From the NCBI GenBank assembly GCA_014376525.1, contig JACMRI010000026.1, forward strand, positions 1-63,950: a stretch of 63,950 nt of DNA. Reading direction: 5' to 3'. The first letter of the stretch is position 1. Each line of letters begins with the position of its first letter. A program made the translations under genes and the position numbers. Shown piece by piece: positions 27,145 through 37,775 of this stretch. The notes beneath the pieces were generated by a model. The model saw nothing but the letters and a program-made list of their open reading frames with translations. It had not been told where the DNA came from and did not search any database. This stretch comes from Bacteroidia bacterium. GTDB lineage: Bacteria > Bacteroidota > Bacteroidia > UBA4408.

Positions 27145-28815
27145 GGTTAAATAGGCTACAAACTCTTGTAAGCTAAGTGCATTAAGTACATTTTGTTTTT
27201 TTAACAACCCTTTGCGTGCTACATGCACACCATATTGTAAGTCGTGAAAGCCTTTCATCTCGTGGCTATCAGGATTAATGCTTATAAGGCAACCTGCATT
27301 TTGTGCTTGGTTAATAAGCGTCCAGTCAATATCTAAACGGTAAGGGTGGGCGTTTAATTCCAGCACTACTTTTTGTGTGGCACAAGCGTTTATTATTTCG
27401 TTCCAATCTAACTCATAACCAGGGCGAGACAGCAATAACCTACCCGTAGGATGCCCTAATATATTGGTGTGTGGGTGGTGTATAGCTCGCAACACTCTAT
27501 CGGTTGCTTTGGTTTTATTCATTTTTAAATTACTGTGTACAGATGCTACTATAAAATCAAACGAGTCTAATACCGCGGGCTCATAATCCAAATCGCCATT
27601 GTTAAGTATATCGCACTCAATACCTTTTAGTATTTTAAACCCGTTGGTGTATGTTTTATTCAACTTTTTTATTTCTAAGTGTTGTTGTTCTACACGGTCG
27701 GGTGTTAAACCGTTAGCATAAAATGCACTTTGCGAGTGGTCGCACACTCCTATGTATTCTATGCCTATTTGTTGCGCATAATTTGCCATTTGTGTTAGCG
27801 TATGTTTGCCATCGCTGTAAGTAGTATGGAAATGCAGTATGCCACATAAGTCTTGCAAACAGACCAATTCAGCATTGTTTACAGTGCGTAATTGCTCTAG
27901 TGTATATACATCTTCACGCACTTCTGGTAATAAGTAAGGAAGGTTATGTTGTGCAAACAAGTCTTTTTCGTTAGTGTTGTGTAGCTGGCTATTGCTAATG
28001 TTCAACGATTTTAACAAAATAGAGTCAGTTTCAAAACTATATATTAGTTGGTTAAATGCTAAACTAACTGTAGCGCTTATAATAAATTGTACGTGTATGC
28101 TTTTGTCGGTTGTGTAGTTTATAATTTGATTGTCGTAAGCATCAATACTTGTGTTTATTAACGTATATATTGTGTTAAAATAACTTGTAATAGCAGAGCT
28201 TTCAACACAATTAATTACGTAATCAATACGTTTAATAGTGGGGCACTTGCGGTAAAACTCTCCAGTAAAATCTACAGCATTAACTGCTGTTATTGCTTTT
28301 ATATCTGTTAATAAACCTTGAGCATATACCTCAATAGTAGCGTAGTGATGTTGGCCTGCATGTTGCATTTTAAACTCAATGGCTTTTATAACTTCGGCTT
28401 GTGTTTTTTCACCAAAACCTTTTATATCTACCAATCTATTTTCTTTACAGGCATATAATAATTCGCCTACCGATTCTACCTCTAACTCTTTCCATATCAA
28501 CATTACTTTTTTAGGACCTAACCCTTTTACACTCATTATATCTACTATGCCCTCAGGGGTTTTAGCGTATAATTCTTGTAGTTCGCTAATGTTACCCAAG
28601 GTGCTTAGTTCCACTATTTTGGCGGCTACACCTTTGCCTATGCCCTCTATAGATTCAAGAGTTTCTTTATCCAATCCAAACAAAGGCTGTTCTATACGCC
28701 CAAGCCTAAACGCGGCGTTGGTTAATGATTTTATTTTAAACGCATTGCCATCGTGTAGTTCTAATAATTGTGCATTTATTTTTATAAGATTACTTATTTC
28801 TTTGTTGGAAAGCAT
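27127..28815 (-). CDS. PolX-family protein with C-terminal PHP domain (polymerase palm apparently degenerate)
   Basis: HhH motifs (IEGIGKGVAAKI, VKGLGPKKV, IKGFGEKT). PHP motifs HFHTTYSDG, VCDHS, IECDI, ASVHS, GHPTGR, NPDSH. ATG at 28815 preferred over the TTG at 28878. Confidence 0.78.
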   Translation of the reverse strand: MLSNKEISNLIKINAQLLELHDGNAFKIKSLTNAAFRLGRIEQPLFGLDKETLESIEGIGKGVAAKIVELSTLGNISELQELYAKTPEGIVDIMSVKGLGPKKVMLIWKELEVESVGELLYACKENRLVDIKGFGEKTQAEVIKAIEFKMQHAGQHHYATIEVYAQGLLTDIKAITAVNAVDFTGEFYRKCPTIKRIDYVINCVESSAITSYFNTIYTLINTSIDAYDNQIINYTTDKSIHVQFIISATVSLAFNQLIYSFETDSILLKSLNISNSQLHNTNEKDLFAQHNLPYLLPEVREDVYTLEQLRTVNNAELVCLQDLCGILHFHTTYSDGKHTLTQMANYAQQIGIEYIGVCDHSQSAFYANGLTPDRVEQQHLEIKKLNKTYTNGFKILKGIECDILNNGDLDYEPAVLDSFDFIVASVHSNLKMNKTKATDRVLRAIHHPHTNILGHPTGRLLLSRPGYELDWNEIINACATQKVVLELNAHPYRLDIDWTLINQAQNAGCLISINPDSHEMKGFHDLQYGVHVARKGLLKKQNVLNALSLQEFVAYLTKKSNR

Positions 28816-29065
28816 GGTTCTATTTAGTAGTTGAGTTACAAATTTTTGTAAGTTAAAATTAGTTTTTGAAAGAAACAATTGTGTATCAATATTACTTATT
28901 TAAAAGGTTTGTGTATAATGAAAATTTTAAAAATAAATTAGTTCAATTATTTTTATAATATCAGTAAATATTGTAGTGTTTATTGTTAGGTATAAATTTT
29001 AATTTATGTAATAAATAGTGTATCACGAAAGTAAACAAGGGGTCGCAATTACTTAAAAAAAAAGA

Positions 29066-29073
29066 TACTTTTG
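29066..29073 (+). promoter_or_regulatory. Candidate -7 promoter box TACTTTTG for the giant adhesin gene
   Basis: Matches TAnnTTTG, 25 nt upstream of the ATG at 29099. Context aaaaaagatacttttg is nearly identical to the 2801 box. No clear -33 TTG. Confidence 0.35.
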
Positions 29074-29098
29074 TGTTAAAATTTAAAGTGTACCAAAA

Positions 29099-32000
29099 AT
29101 GAAAAAACAACTATCATCATTAATTTTTACAACAGTAACATTATTAATAATGGCATTACAATTTAATGCTGTAGCGCATAATTTTAGCCTGAATACAAAT
29201 ATTGATGTAGCTATTTGTAACAGTTTTGTAACAGGTATTCCAAATTATCCAAAGACAAAAATTAATGGTTTAAATAGTAGTGGAAAGCATACATTTTCTC
29301 ATAAATTAATAAATAGTGTATCAAGTTTTAATTTATTGTCTTCTGAAAGTATAAATTACATAAACAATTATGTAAGTGCATTTAATGTGCCGCCAGTAGC
29401 GTTAAACGATACAATGGTTACACCACAAAATATACCAGCATCTACTAATGTTACTACAAATGACAGCGATGTTGATGGGGGTGTAAATCCAGCATCGGTT
29501 GATTTAGACATTACTCAACCAGGAATTCAAAAAACTTTTTTAACGGCAAACGCAACTTACTCAGTTACTACAGCAGGTGTAATTACATTTACACAAAATA
29601 TAGTTACATGGTTTGGTAAAGATTCATTAACCTATACATTGCTAGATGTAGGAGGAGCTCAGTCAAACAAGGCATTGGTATATGTTACCGTATTAGCCGA
29701 CCACGACCACGATGGCATTCCAAATAGTACCGACTTAGATGATGATAACGATGGAATATTAGATATTACAGAAGGAACTTCAGATAATGATAACGATGGC
29801 GTACCCAACAATTTAGATTTGGATAGCGATAACGATGGTATTACTGATGTAACAGAAGCTAATAATCCAGGCGCAGTTGATGCAAATGGAGATGGGGTAA
29901 TAGATGGTTTTGTAGCAGACGTAAATGGAGTAGATGTTGCCCATACAGCAGGATTAGCACCACAAGATAAAGATGGAGATGGATTACCAAATTATTTAGA
30001 TTTAGATGCCGATAATGATGGCATAGCTGATGTAATAGAAGCAGGAGGGATAGATGCAAACAATAATGGAGTACCCGATTCTTACACTGATACTGATGGA
30101 GACGGTTTATCTAACGTGGTAGATCCTACAACAGCGGGAACAAAGTTAACTATCGGAGATTTAGACGGAGATGGTTTACCAAATTACATTGACTTAGATA
30201 GTGATAACGATGGTATTGCTGATGCAATAGAAGCAGGCGGAACAGATGCCGACAACAATGGTTATGCAGGCACTGGGGCAAGCAATGCCCTAGTAGTTGG
30301 AGCAAATGGTTGGATAAACACTATTGATGGTAATGATGCAGGCATAGCTTTAGCAATACATAATAGTGATAAGAACGGTTTGCCAAATTATTTAGATAAA
30401 GATTCTGACAACGATGGTATATCTGATGCTACAGAATATTTTCAAGGAAACATAAGTGGATTAAATGATACCGAAAACGATGGTGTAGTAGATAATACAG
30501 CAGGTACAGGAACTGCAGGACAAGGCACATTTGCCGATACCGATGGCGATGGCTGGAGCAATTTAGTTGATGAGGTTACGGTTGTTTACAATGCACAACA
30601 CAACGATGCCGACCACGACAAAGATAACGATGGAAAACCAAACTATATGGACATAGATTCGGATAGCGATGGTATTACTGATAGCCACGAAGCAGGATAT
30701 TTTATACCCGATGCCGAAAACGATGGCATAGCAGCATCAAGCGGATTAGGAATGATAGCCGATGCCGATGGTGATGGCTTAGCCGATAGTTTTGATATAA
30801 TGTCAAATACAGCAACTTACTTAGGAACAATGTATTCAGCACTATTTAACCAAGATAATGAGGGCGATGGATTAGAAAATTATTTGGATATAGATGCAGA
30901 TAACGACGGAATAATTGATAACACCGAAGGACAAGCAACAAGTACATATACATTGCCAACAAACTTGGATACTGATGGCGATGGTTTAGATAATGCCTAC
31001 GATGTAAACCAAAGGGGTGTAATAGTGGGTTATGTAAATATTGATGGAGGCTCAGCCCCCGATTATATAGATACAGACGCCGACAACGATGCCATTAATG
31101 ACATTAAAGAAAACGTAGTGAGCGATGCCATAGATTTAGATATTGATAACAATGGCGTATTAGATGCAACTTCATTTATTGATGCTGATAACGATGGCTT
31201 AGCTGATGTTTTTGATGTAACATTAACAGCAACTACCAATTTAACTACCACAAATAATAATGCAACAAACGGAGGGCAGAATCCAACTACACAGCCCGAC
31301 ACTCAACAACCAGGCGCGGATAGAGATTGGAGAGATAACCTCGACGAAGATTTGGACGGTATAGCCGACAACTTAGATATTGATGATGATAACGACGGAA
31401 TTACAGATGTATCAGAAGGCATGATTGATATTAATGCTAATGGTTTGCCTGATAATTTGGTAGATGCTGATGGAGACGGTATTGCTAATTGGAACGACTT
31501 AGATAGCGACAACGATGGTATTTCAGACGTGGTAGAAGCAGGAGGAAACGACCCCGATAAAGATGGTCACCCTGGCGTATCTACTGAAGGCATGCCAACA
31601 GCAGTTGATGCAAATGGTTTACCCACAATTTTAGTAGCAGTACCAGTATCAATATTAGATGCAGGCGATGACCTAGATGGAGACGGAAACCCAAACTTTT
31701 TAGATTTGGATAGTGATAACGATGGTATTCCAGATGTAATAGAAGCAGGAGGGATAGACCCCAATGGCGATGGTTATATTGGTGCAGGTGTTGCTAACGA
31801 TGTGGATTCTGACGGATTATCGGATATTGTAGATACTATAAATGAATTATTGATAGATGGTTTACCAGGAAATAATGCAGGAGCATTAACCCCTATGACA
31901 GGTATTCCGTTACCAAATGCTGATTTTGACGGAGATGGAAACTTAAACGTGTATGACTTAGATAGTGATAATGATGGAGTAACCGACGTAATAGAAGCTG

Positions 32001-35000
32001 GAGGTACAGATACTGACGGAAACGGAATAATAGCCAGTGGTTTAGGAAACGCAGCCTTTAACGATACTGACGGAGATGGTTGGAACAATCCTGTAGATGC
32101 TGATAATGGAGGTACAGCTTTGGCGGTGCCAAATACTGATGAGATTGGCGGAGCAAACTTCTTAGACTTAGATAGCGATAATGATGGCATAACCGACATC
32201 CGCGAGAGTGAATTAAGCGACCCTGATAACAACGGAATAATAGGTACTGGTCCAAGTGCAACTATTATTGATGCTAACAATAATGGTTTGGAGGACAGTA
32301 TGGAAAACGTTATATTAAGTTTACCAAACGCTGATGGTTCGGGCTTACCTAATTATGCCGATATAGACGCTGATAATGACGGAATAGTTGATGCTATAGA
32401 AGCCGTTGCCACAGGCACAACAATACCTAACTCAACTACAGATACCGATGGAGATGGAATTTCAGACGCCTACGACGCTAACTCTACTATAGGAGGTGTA
32501 GGTACAGTACCAGTAAATACTGATGGTGTAGATGTACCCGATTATACAGATTTAGATTCGGACAATGATTTAAAAACAGACGTAATAGAAGGAAACGATA
32601 ATAATGGAGATGGAGTGGCAGACGTAACGTTAAGCGGAATAGATAAAGATAAAGACGGATTAGACGACGCCTTTGATAACAGTACAGCATTACCTACACC
32701 AAGCAACGGACAAACGTCAAGTTCATTTCCTAACCTAGATAATACAATTACACCAGAGCGCGATTGGAGAGAGATGTTGGATACTGACTTAGACGGTGTG
32801 CCAAATTTTGCAGATTTAGACGATGATAACGATGGTATATTAGATACTGTGGAAGGTATTGCAGACACAGACGCCGACGGAAAATTAGATAAAATAGATT
32901 TAGACAGTGATAACGACGGTATCACTGACGTTATTGAAGCCGGAGGATTTGATACTAACAACGATGGAATAGCAGGTGTAAGTCCTACAACTGTTAATGC
33001 TAATGGTCAGGTATTAATTGTAGGTACACCGGTGGCTTTAATTAACTTAAATACTGATGGAGATAATGTTCCAAATTCTAAAGATTTAGACGCAGATAAC
33101 GACGGTATTTATGATGTAATAGAATCGGGTGCTAATTTGGTTGATGTAAACAACGATGGTGTAGTTGATGGTATAGACACAGATGGAGATGGTTTAATAA
33201 ATGTTGCAGACTTAGACCCTAACACAACATTTGGCGGAGCTATTGCTGCAGTTCTTAACACTGATGGCGATGTATATCCAAATTATTTAGACTTAGATGC
33301 GGATAACGATGGTATATTAGACATAATAGAAGCAGGCACAAACTTACCAGACGCTAGCAATAACGGTATTGTTGATGGTATTGATAACGACGGCGACGGT
33401 TTGATAAATGTATTGGGATTAGATGGAAATGTTACGTTTGGTGGTACTAATACCGTAAAACCAAAAGATACTGATGGAGATGGCGTAACTAACATAAACG
33501 ATTTAGATGCAGATAACGATGGTATTTATGATGTTACAGAAAATGGTAACTCAGTATTAGATACTGATGGAGATGGTATTGTAAACGGAACAGACACTGA
33601 TAACGATGGTATTGTAAACGCAACAGGTATAGATACTAACACAATATTTGGTGGCACAACACTTGCCCCGCTTAATGCAGATAACGATACCAAACCAAAC
33701 TACATAGATATAGATAGCGACAACGATGGTATTGCTGATGTTACAGAAAATGGCAACGTAACTTTAGATGCAAATGCTGATGGTATGGTAGATGGTACCG
33801 ATTTAGACAAAGATGGTATTTTATCAAGCCTAGATAATAACCCATTATTTGGTGGTGCTACACAAGTAGTAATAAACACTGATGCAGATGCTAAAGCAAA
33901 TTATTTAGATGTAGATGCTGACAACGATGGATTGTTAGATATAAATGAAGCCCAACAAACAATAGGAGCAACTACACCAATAGGGCTAGATAGCGACAAC
34001 GACGGCTTAGACAATATCTTTGATAACTTAGCAACCGCTTTTGGTGGTGCAGGTTTAATACCATTAAATACGGATGTAGACACTAAAGAAAATTACATAG
34101 ATATAGACAGCGATAATGACGGGATTACTGATGTAGTAGAAGCTGGAGGAATTGACCCTGATAACGACGGAGAACTAGGAACAGGAAATGCGCAGCCAGA
34201 TACCGATAACGATGGCTGGATAGACACTGCCGATACTAATAACGGAGGTACAGCTTTACCAAACTCAGATACTGATAAGGACGGAAAAATAAACTATTTG
34301 GATATAGATGCAGATAACGATGGTATCATTGATAATGTGGAAGCGCAATTATCGGGTGCTGGTTATATTGCACCTTCAGCTAACGATACCGATTTAGATG
34401 GCTTAGATGATGCTTACGATCCAACAACCGCTGGAGGTATAGCTATGCCATTAACTAATATGGACACAGATACAAAACCCGATTATATAGACATAGACGC
34501 CGACAATGATGGTATTGTAGATAATGTAGAAGGACAATTTACCCTAAGTTATACTGCTCCAACAGGAACAGATACCGACGGAGACGGATTGGATAATGCC
34601 TATGATAATACTGCAAGTACTGGTATAATAGCAGTAAATACTGATGCTGTTGATATGCCAGATTATAAAGATATAGATACGGATAACGATGGATTAAGCG
34701 ACTTAATTGAAGGTAACGACTTTAACAACGATGGTGCACCCGATGTACCATTTGTATTGCTAGATGCTGACAATGATGGTTTAGTAAATGCGTATGATTT
34801 AGATGGTGCCTCTACAATAAATACTGGAGGTGCAGGGAATAACGATACCCCAACATCATTCCCAGACGTACACGATGTAAACCCTGTACCTACATTAGAG
34901 CGCGACTGGAGAGAAATAAATGCTAAACCAACTGCTACTATTGATGTAGCAACAACCAACGAAGATACCCCAATAAACATAGCCGTATTAACCAACGATA

Positions 35001-36640
35001 CCGACGCTGATGGACAAATAGTAACTTCAAACGTAAATGTAACAATTATAGATGCACCTAATCACGGTACAGCTTCAGTTGGCGCTAACGGAAGTATTAA
35101 CTACACACCAAACGCTAACTTTAATGGTGTAGATACATTAATATACAATTACTGCGATACTGGTACACCAAAACAATGTGATACCGCTTTAGTAATTATA
35201 AATGTAAACTCTGTTAATGATATTATAGTAGCTAATAAAGATGTATTAATAACTAACGAAGATACTCCAGTTACAATAAATATATTGGGTAACGATACTG
35301 ACGTAGATAACAACATTGATAAGGCTTCAGTAGTAATAACTAATGCTCCAAACCATGGCACTGTAACGGTAAATAATTTAGGTAATATTACTTATGTACC
35401 CAACAATGGTTACTTTGGTACAGATACATTAATTTATAATGTGTGCGACTTAGGAATACCAATCTATTGCGATACTGCTATGGTTATTATTAATGTAATA
35501 TCAGTAAACGATAAACCTGTAATTGGAGATGATGCCGCTACAACAACTGAAGACACGCCTGTTGCTATAAACATATTAGGTAATGATACTGATGTTGATG
35601 GAGCTATTGTGCTGGCAAATGTTGTAGTGTTAGACTCTACTAATCATGGAACAATATTAATAAACTCTGCTGGAGTAGTAATTTACACGCCAAATTTAAA
35701 TTACAACGGGCAAGATACATTAACCTATATATATTGCGATGGAGGAACACCAAGTATGTGCGATACAGCAATAGTAGTAATAACAGTAACACCCAAAAAT
35801 GATGCGCCAGTAGCAGCATCAAATAGCGGAACTACATACGAAGATACACCATTAACCATAGCAATACTGGGTAATGATATAGACGTAGACAGCCCGTTAC
35901 AATTGCCACACGCAAGTATGTTACCAGGAGCGCAAGCTACCAACGGAAAGGTTATATACAATGCAAATGGAACAGTTACTTATACGCCAAACGCTAATTA
36001 CAATGGACCAGACTCGTTCATATATGAAATATGCGATAACGGCACACCACAGTTGTGTGATACTGCTATAGTGTATATAAATGTATTGCCAGTACCAAAT
36101 GCTAAAAACGATACCGCAACTGTAAAAAATGGAACAAGCGTAGATATTCCATTATTAAAAAATGATGAAGGAGTAACCGAAGCCCCAGTTATTATTATCA
36201 ATCCAGCACAAGGTACCGCAACGGTAACAAACGGTGTTATAACATATACGCCAAAACCAGGTTTTGTAGGAGTAGATTCTTTAGTGTACGTGGTATGTAA
36301 TAATGTTGGCAAGTGTGATACCGCTATAATTTACATAACTGTAACCCGCCCTAAAGAGTTAAATGTACCAGAAGGTTTTAGTCCCAATGGCGACGGAGTA
36401 AATGATACGTTTGTGATACCAGGTATTGAGACTTACGCAACTACTACTATTAAGTTCTTTAATCGTTGGGGTAGTGTAGTATATGAAACTAGCAACTACC
36501 AAAATAATTGGAATGGTACAGGTAACAAAGGGCTGAAAATAGGTGGAGATGTATTACCAGTAGGTACTTATTTTTATATATTAGATTTGGGCGTTGCAGG
36601 CAGAGAAGTAATAAAAGGTTATGTATATATTAACCAATAA
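29099..36640 (+). CDS. Giant (2513 aa) calcium-binding adhesin: thrombospondin type-3 repeats + tandem-95/cadherin-like Ig repeats + T9SS type-B C-terminal sorting domain
   Basis: Signal peptide. Dozens of DLDSDNDGIxDxxE units. Five to six ~95-aa units (TNEDTP..ILGNDTD.D..I......HGT......G...YTPN.N..G.D...Y..CD.G.P..CDTA.V.I.V). C-terminus EGFSPNGDGVNDTF..FNRWG..VYE..NNWNG..LPVGTYFYIL is the gliding-motility CTD (type B). Confidence 0.9.
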   Translation: MKKQLSSLIFTTVTLLIMALQFNAVAHNFSLNTNIDVAICNSFVTGIPNYPKTKINGLNSSGKHTFSHKLINSVSSFNLLSSESINYINNYVSAFNVPPVALNDTMVTPQNIPASTNVTTNDSDVDGGVNPASVDLDITQPGIQKTFLTANATYSVTTAGVITFTQNIVTWFGKDSLTYTLLDVGGAQSNKALVYVTVLADHDHDGIPNSTDLDDDNDGILDITEGTSDNDNDGVPNNLDLDSDNDGITDVTEANNPGAVDANGDGVIDGFVADVNGVDVAHTAGLAPQDKDGDGLPNYLDLDADNDGIADVIEAGGIDANNNGVPDSYTDTDGDGLSNVVDPTTAGTKLTIGDLDGDGLPNYIDLDSDNDGIADAIEAGGTDADNNGYAGTGASNALVVGANGWINTIDGNDAGIALAIHNSDKNGLPNYLDKDSDNDGISDATEYFQGNISGLNDTENDGVVDNTAGTGTAGQGTFADTDGDGWSNLVDEVTVVYNAQHNDADHDKDNDGKPNYMDIDSDSDGITDSHEAGYFIPDAENDGIAASSGLGMIADADGDGLADSFDIMSNTATYLGTMYSALFNQDNEGDGLENYLDIDADNDGIIDNTEGQATSTYTLPTNLDTDGDGLDNAYDVNQRGVIVGYVNIDGGSAPDYIDTDADNDAINDIKENVVSDAIDLDIDNNGVLDATSFIDADNDGLADVFDVTLTATTNLTTTNNNATNGGQNPTTQPDTQQPGADRDWRDNLDEDLDGIADNLDIDDDNDGITDVSEGMIDINANGLPDNLVDADGDGIANWNDLDSDNDGISDVVEAGGNDPDKDGHPGVSTEGMPTAVDANGLPTILVAVPVSILDAGDDLDGDGNPNFLDLDSDNDGIPDVIEAGGIDPNGDGYIGAGVANDVDSDGLSDIVDTINELLIDGLPGNNAGALTPMTGIPLPNADFDGDGNLNVYDLDSDNDGVTDVIEAGGTDTDGNGIIASGLGNAAFNDTDGDGWNNPVDADNGGTALAVPNTDEIGGANFLDLDSDNDGITDIRESELSDPDNNGIIGTGPSATIIDANNNGLEDSMENVILSLPNADGSGLPNYADIDADNDGIVDAIEAVATGTTIPNSTTDTDGDGISDAYDANSTIGGVGTVPVNTDGVDVPDYTDLDSDNDLKTDVIEGNDNNGDGVADVTLSGIDKDKDGLDDAFDNSTALPTPSNGQTSSSFPNLDNTITPERDWREMLDTDLDGVPNFADLDDDNDGILDTVEGIADTDADGKLDKIDLDSDNDGITDVIEAGGFDTNNDGIAGVSPTTVNANGQVLIVGTPVALINLNTDGDNVPNSKDLDADNDGIYDVIESGANLVDVNNDGVVDGIDTDGDGLINVADLDPNTTFGGAIAAVLNTDGDVYPNYLDLDADNDGILDIIEAGTNLPDASNNGIVDGIDNDGDGLINVLGLDGNVTFGGTNTVKPKDTDGDGVTNINDLDADNDGIYDVTENGNSVLDTDGDGIVNGTDTDNDGIVNATGIDTNTIFGGTTLAPLNADNDTKPNYIDIDSDNDGIADVTENGNVTLDANADGMVDGTDLDKDGILSSLDNNPLFGGATQVVINTDADAKANYLDVDADNDGLLDINEAQQTIGATTPIGLDSDNDGLDNIFDNLATAFGGAGLIPLNTDVDTKENYIDIDSDNDGITDVVEAGGIDPDNDGELGTGNAQPDTDNDGWIDTADTNNGGTALPNSDTDKDGKINYLDIDADNDGIIDNVEAQLSGAGYIAPSANDTDLDGLDDAYDPTTAGGIAMPLTNMDTDTKPDYIDIDADNDGIVDNVEGQFTLSYTAPTGTDTDGDGLDNAYDNTASTGIIAVNTDAVDMPDYKDIDTDNDGLSDLIEGNDFNNDGAPDVPFVLLDADNDGLVNAYDLDGASTINTGGAGNNDTPTSFPDVHDVNPVPTLERDWREINAKPTATIDVATTNEDTPINIAVLTNDTDADGQIVTSNVNVTIIDAPNHGTASVGANGSINYTPNANFNGVDTLIYNYCDTGTPKQCDTALVIINVNSVNDIIVANKDVLITNEDTPVTINILGNDTDVDNNIDKASVVITNAPNHGTVTVNNLGNITYVPNNGYFGTDTLIYNVCDLGIPIYCDTAMVIINVISVNDKPVIGDDAATTTEDTPVAINILGNDTDVDGAIVLANVVVLDSTNHGTILINSAGVVIYTPNLNYNGQDTLTYIYCDGGTPSMCDTAIVVITVTPKNDAPVAASNSGTTYEDTPLTIAILGNDIDVDSPLQLPHASMLPGAQATNGKVIYNANGTVTYTPNANYNGPDSFIYEICDNGTPQLCDTAIVYINVLPVPNAKNDTATVKNGTSVDIPLLKNDEGVTEAPVIIINPAQGTATVTNGVITYTPKPGFVGVDSLVYVVCNNVGKCDTAIIYITVTRPKELNVPEGFSPNGDGVNDTFVIPGIETYATTTIKFFNRWGSVVYETSNYQNNWNGTGNKGLKIGGDVLPVGTYFYILDLGVAGREVIKGYVYINQ
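29696..34870 (+). repeat. Coding array of thrombospondin type-3-like Ca-binding repeats (DxDxDGxxDxxE), organised in super-repeats
   Basis: Recurrent gat..gat..gataacgatgg DNA units. ~62-aa higher-order units at about 33.0-33.9 kb. Blocks are punctuated by (E/D)RDWR(E/D) at aa ~737, ~1220 and ~1937. Confidence 0.85.
34916..36350 (+). repeat. Five to six tandem ~95-aa Ig/cadherin-like units (tandem-95 type)
   Basis: Repeating ..TNEDTP(I/V).I.(V/I)L.NDTD.D..I......I....HGT......G.I.YTPN.N..G.DTL.Y..CD.G.P..CDTA.V.I.V..VND. Confidence 0.8.
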
Positions 36641-36783
36641 TTAAATTGAAACAACTACTTGCACTTGTAATTATGCAAATAGCGGTTTTATATTTGGGCA
36701 GTCAATAAAAAACAGGAACTGGTAGAATAAAGAGTACAAATTAATAAAAAGAGATTATTTTTACAGCAAAACACCATTATATA

Positions 36784-37713
36784 ATGAAAAAATTAGTACT
36801 ATTAACCGCAGCAGTATTTGCTTTAAACGAAGTGCAAGCGCAGCAAGATGCAATGTTTACACATTATATGTACAACACCTTAGCAGTAAACCCCGCTTAT
36901 GCAGGAAGCCGAGAAGCATTAACGATAACAGGCTTGCACCGCTCGCAGTGGGTAGGATTTGATGGTGCGCCAGTAACACAAACATTAACATTGCATAGCC
37001 CCATAGCGAATAATAAAATGGGCTTAGGATTATCAGTAGTGAATGATAAGATAGGGCCAACAGCCATGAAATCAGTTTATGCTGATTATGCGTATAAAAT
37101 ACAAGTAAGCGAAAAAGGCAAATTGGCATTTGGATTAAAAGCAGGTTTAAATGTAATGAGCAATAATTTATCTGCATTAAAAACTACTACAGTAGGCGAT
37201 AACACTTTTGCCAGCGATGTAAAAAGCCAGTTACTCCCCAACTTTGGAGTAGGTGCTTACTACAGCCAAGAACGTTTTTATGTAGGGTTATCAACCCCTA
37301 GGTTGTTACAAAATAACTTTAAAAGCAATACTATAGGTAATACTTCAAGCACATCAAAAGAAAAACGCCACTATTTTTTAATAGCAGGAACGGTGTTTAA
37401 CTTAAATCAAAACGTAAAATTAAAACCTACTACTTTTATAAAAGTAACACAAGCGGCACCATTAGAGGCCGATATAACCGCTACGTTTATATTCCACGAT
37501 AGATTTAACATAGGTGCAATGTTTCGTACGGGCGATGCCTTGGGTATGTTGGTAGGGTATAATTTTACTGATCAGTTTATGGCAGGTTATTCGTTTGATT
37601 GGTCGTATGGCATAAAAACGTTTAAGTATAATCAAGGTAGCCATGAAATAATGTTGCGTTACGATTTGATATACAAGAGCAAGGATAAAATTAAATCGCC
37701 TCGTTATTTTTAA
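36784..37713 (+). CDS. PorP/SprF-family type IX secretion system membrane protein
   Basis: Signal peptide, then QQDAMFTHYMYNTLAVNPAYAGSREALTITGLHRSQWVGFDGAPVTQTL, the PorP/SprF signature. ~310 aa. Immediately downstream of the type-B CTD gene. Confidence 0.85.
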   Translation: MKKLVLLTAAVFALNEVQAQQDAMFTHYMYNTLAVNPAYAGSREALTITGLHRSQWVGFDGAPVTQTLTLHSPIANNKMGLGLSVVNDKIGPTAMKSVYADYAYKIQVSEKGKLAFGLKAGLNVMSNNLSALKTTTVGDNTFASDVKSQLLPNFGVGAYYSQERFYVGLSTPRLLQNNFKSNTIGNTSSTSKEKRHYFLIAGTVFNLNQNVKLKPTTFIKVTQAAPLEADITATFIFHDRFNIGAMFRTGDALGMLVGYNFTDQFMAGYSFDWSYGIKTFKYNQGSHEIMLRYDLIYKSKDKIKSPRYF

Positions 37714-37775
37714 TAACAGCAGTATTTATTTTACTTAATTCATTTCCATTAACACCTATCTATTTACATATACTT

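Noticed and set aside
26184-28878. A blh (carotenoid oxygenase) gene adjacent to proteorhodopsin
   Set aside because: The only flanking ORFs are the flavin-reductase-like gene and the convergent PolX gene. Neither has the multi-TM His-rich pattern of Blh.
29696-34870. Possible CRISPR array or satellite, because of very regular short DNA repeats
   Set aside because: The repeats are in frame within one long ORF, encode DxDxDG calcium-binding loops, and lack constant-length unique spacers. No cas genes are present.
29859-36312. Numerous minus-strand ORFs (up to 168 aa) inside the giant adhesin gene
   Set aside because: They are the antisense reading of GAT/GAC/GGT-rich repeat codons, giving Ser/Ile/Pro-rich low-complexity peptides. 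They are entirely contained in a 2513-aa ORF with strong domain signatures.
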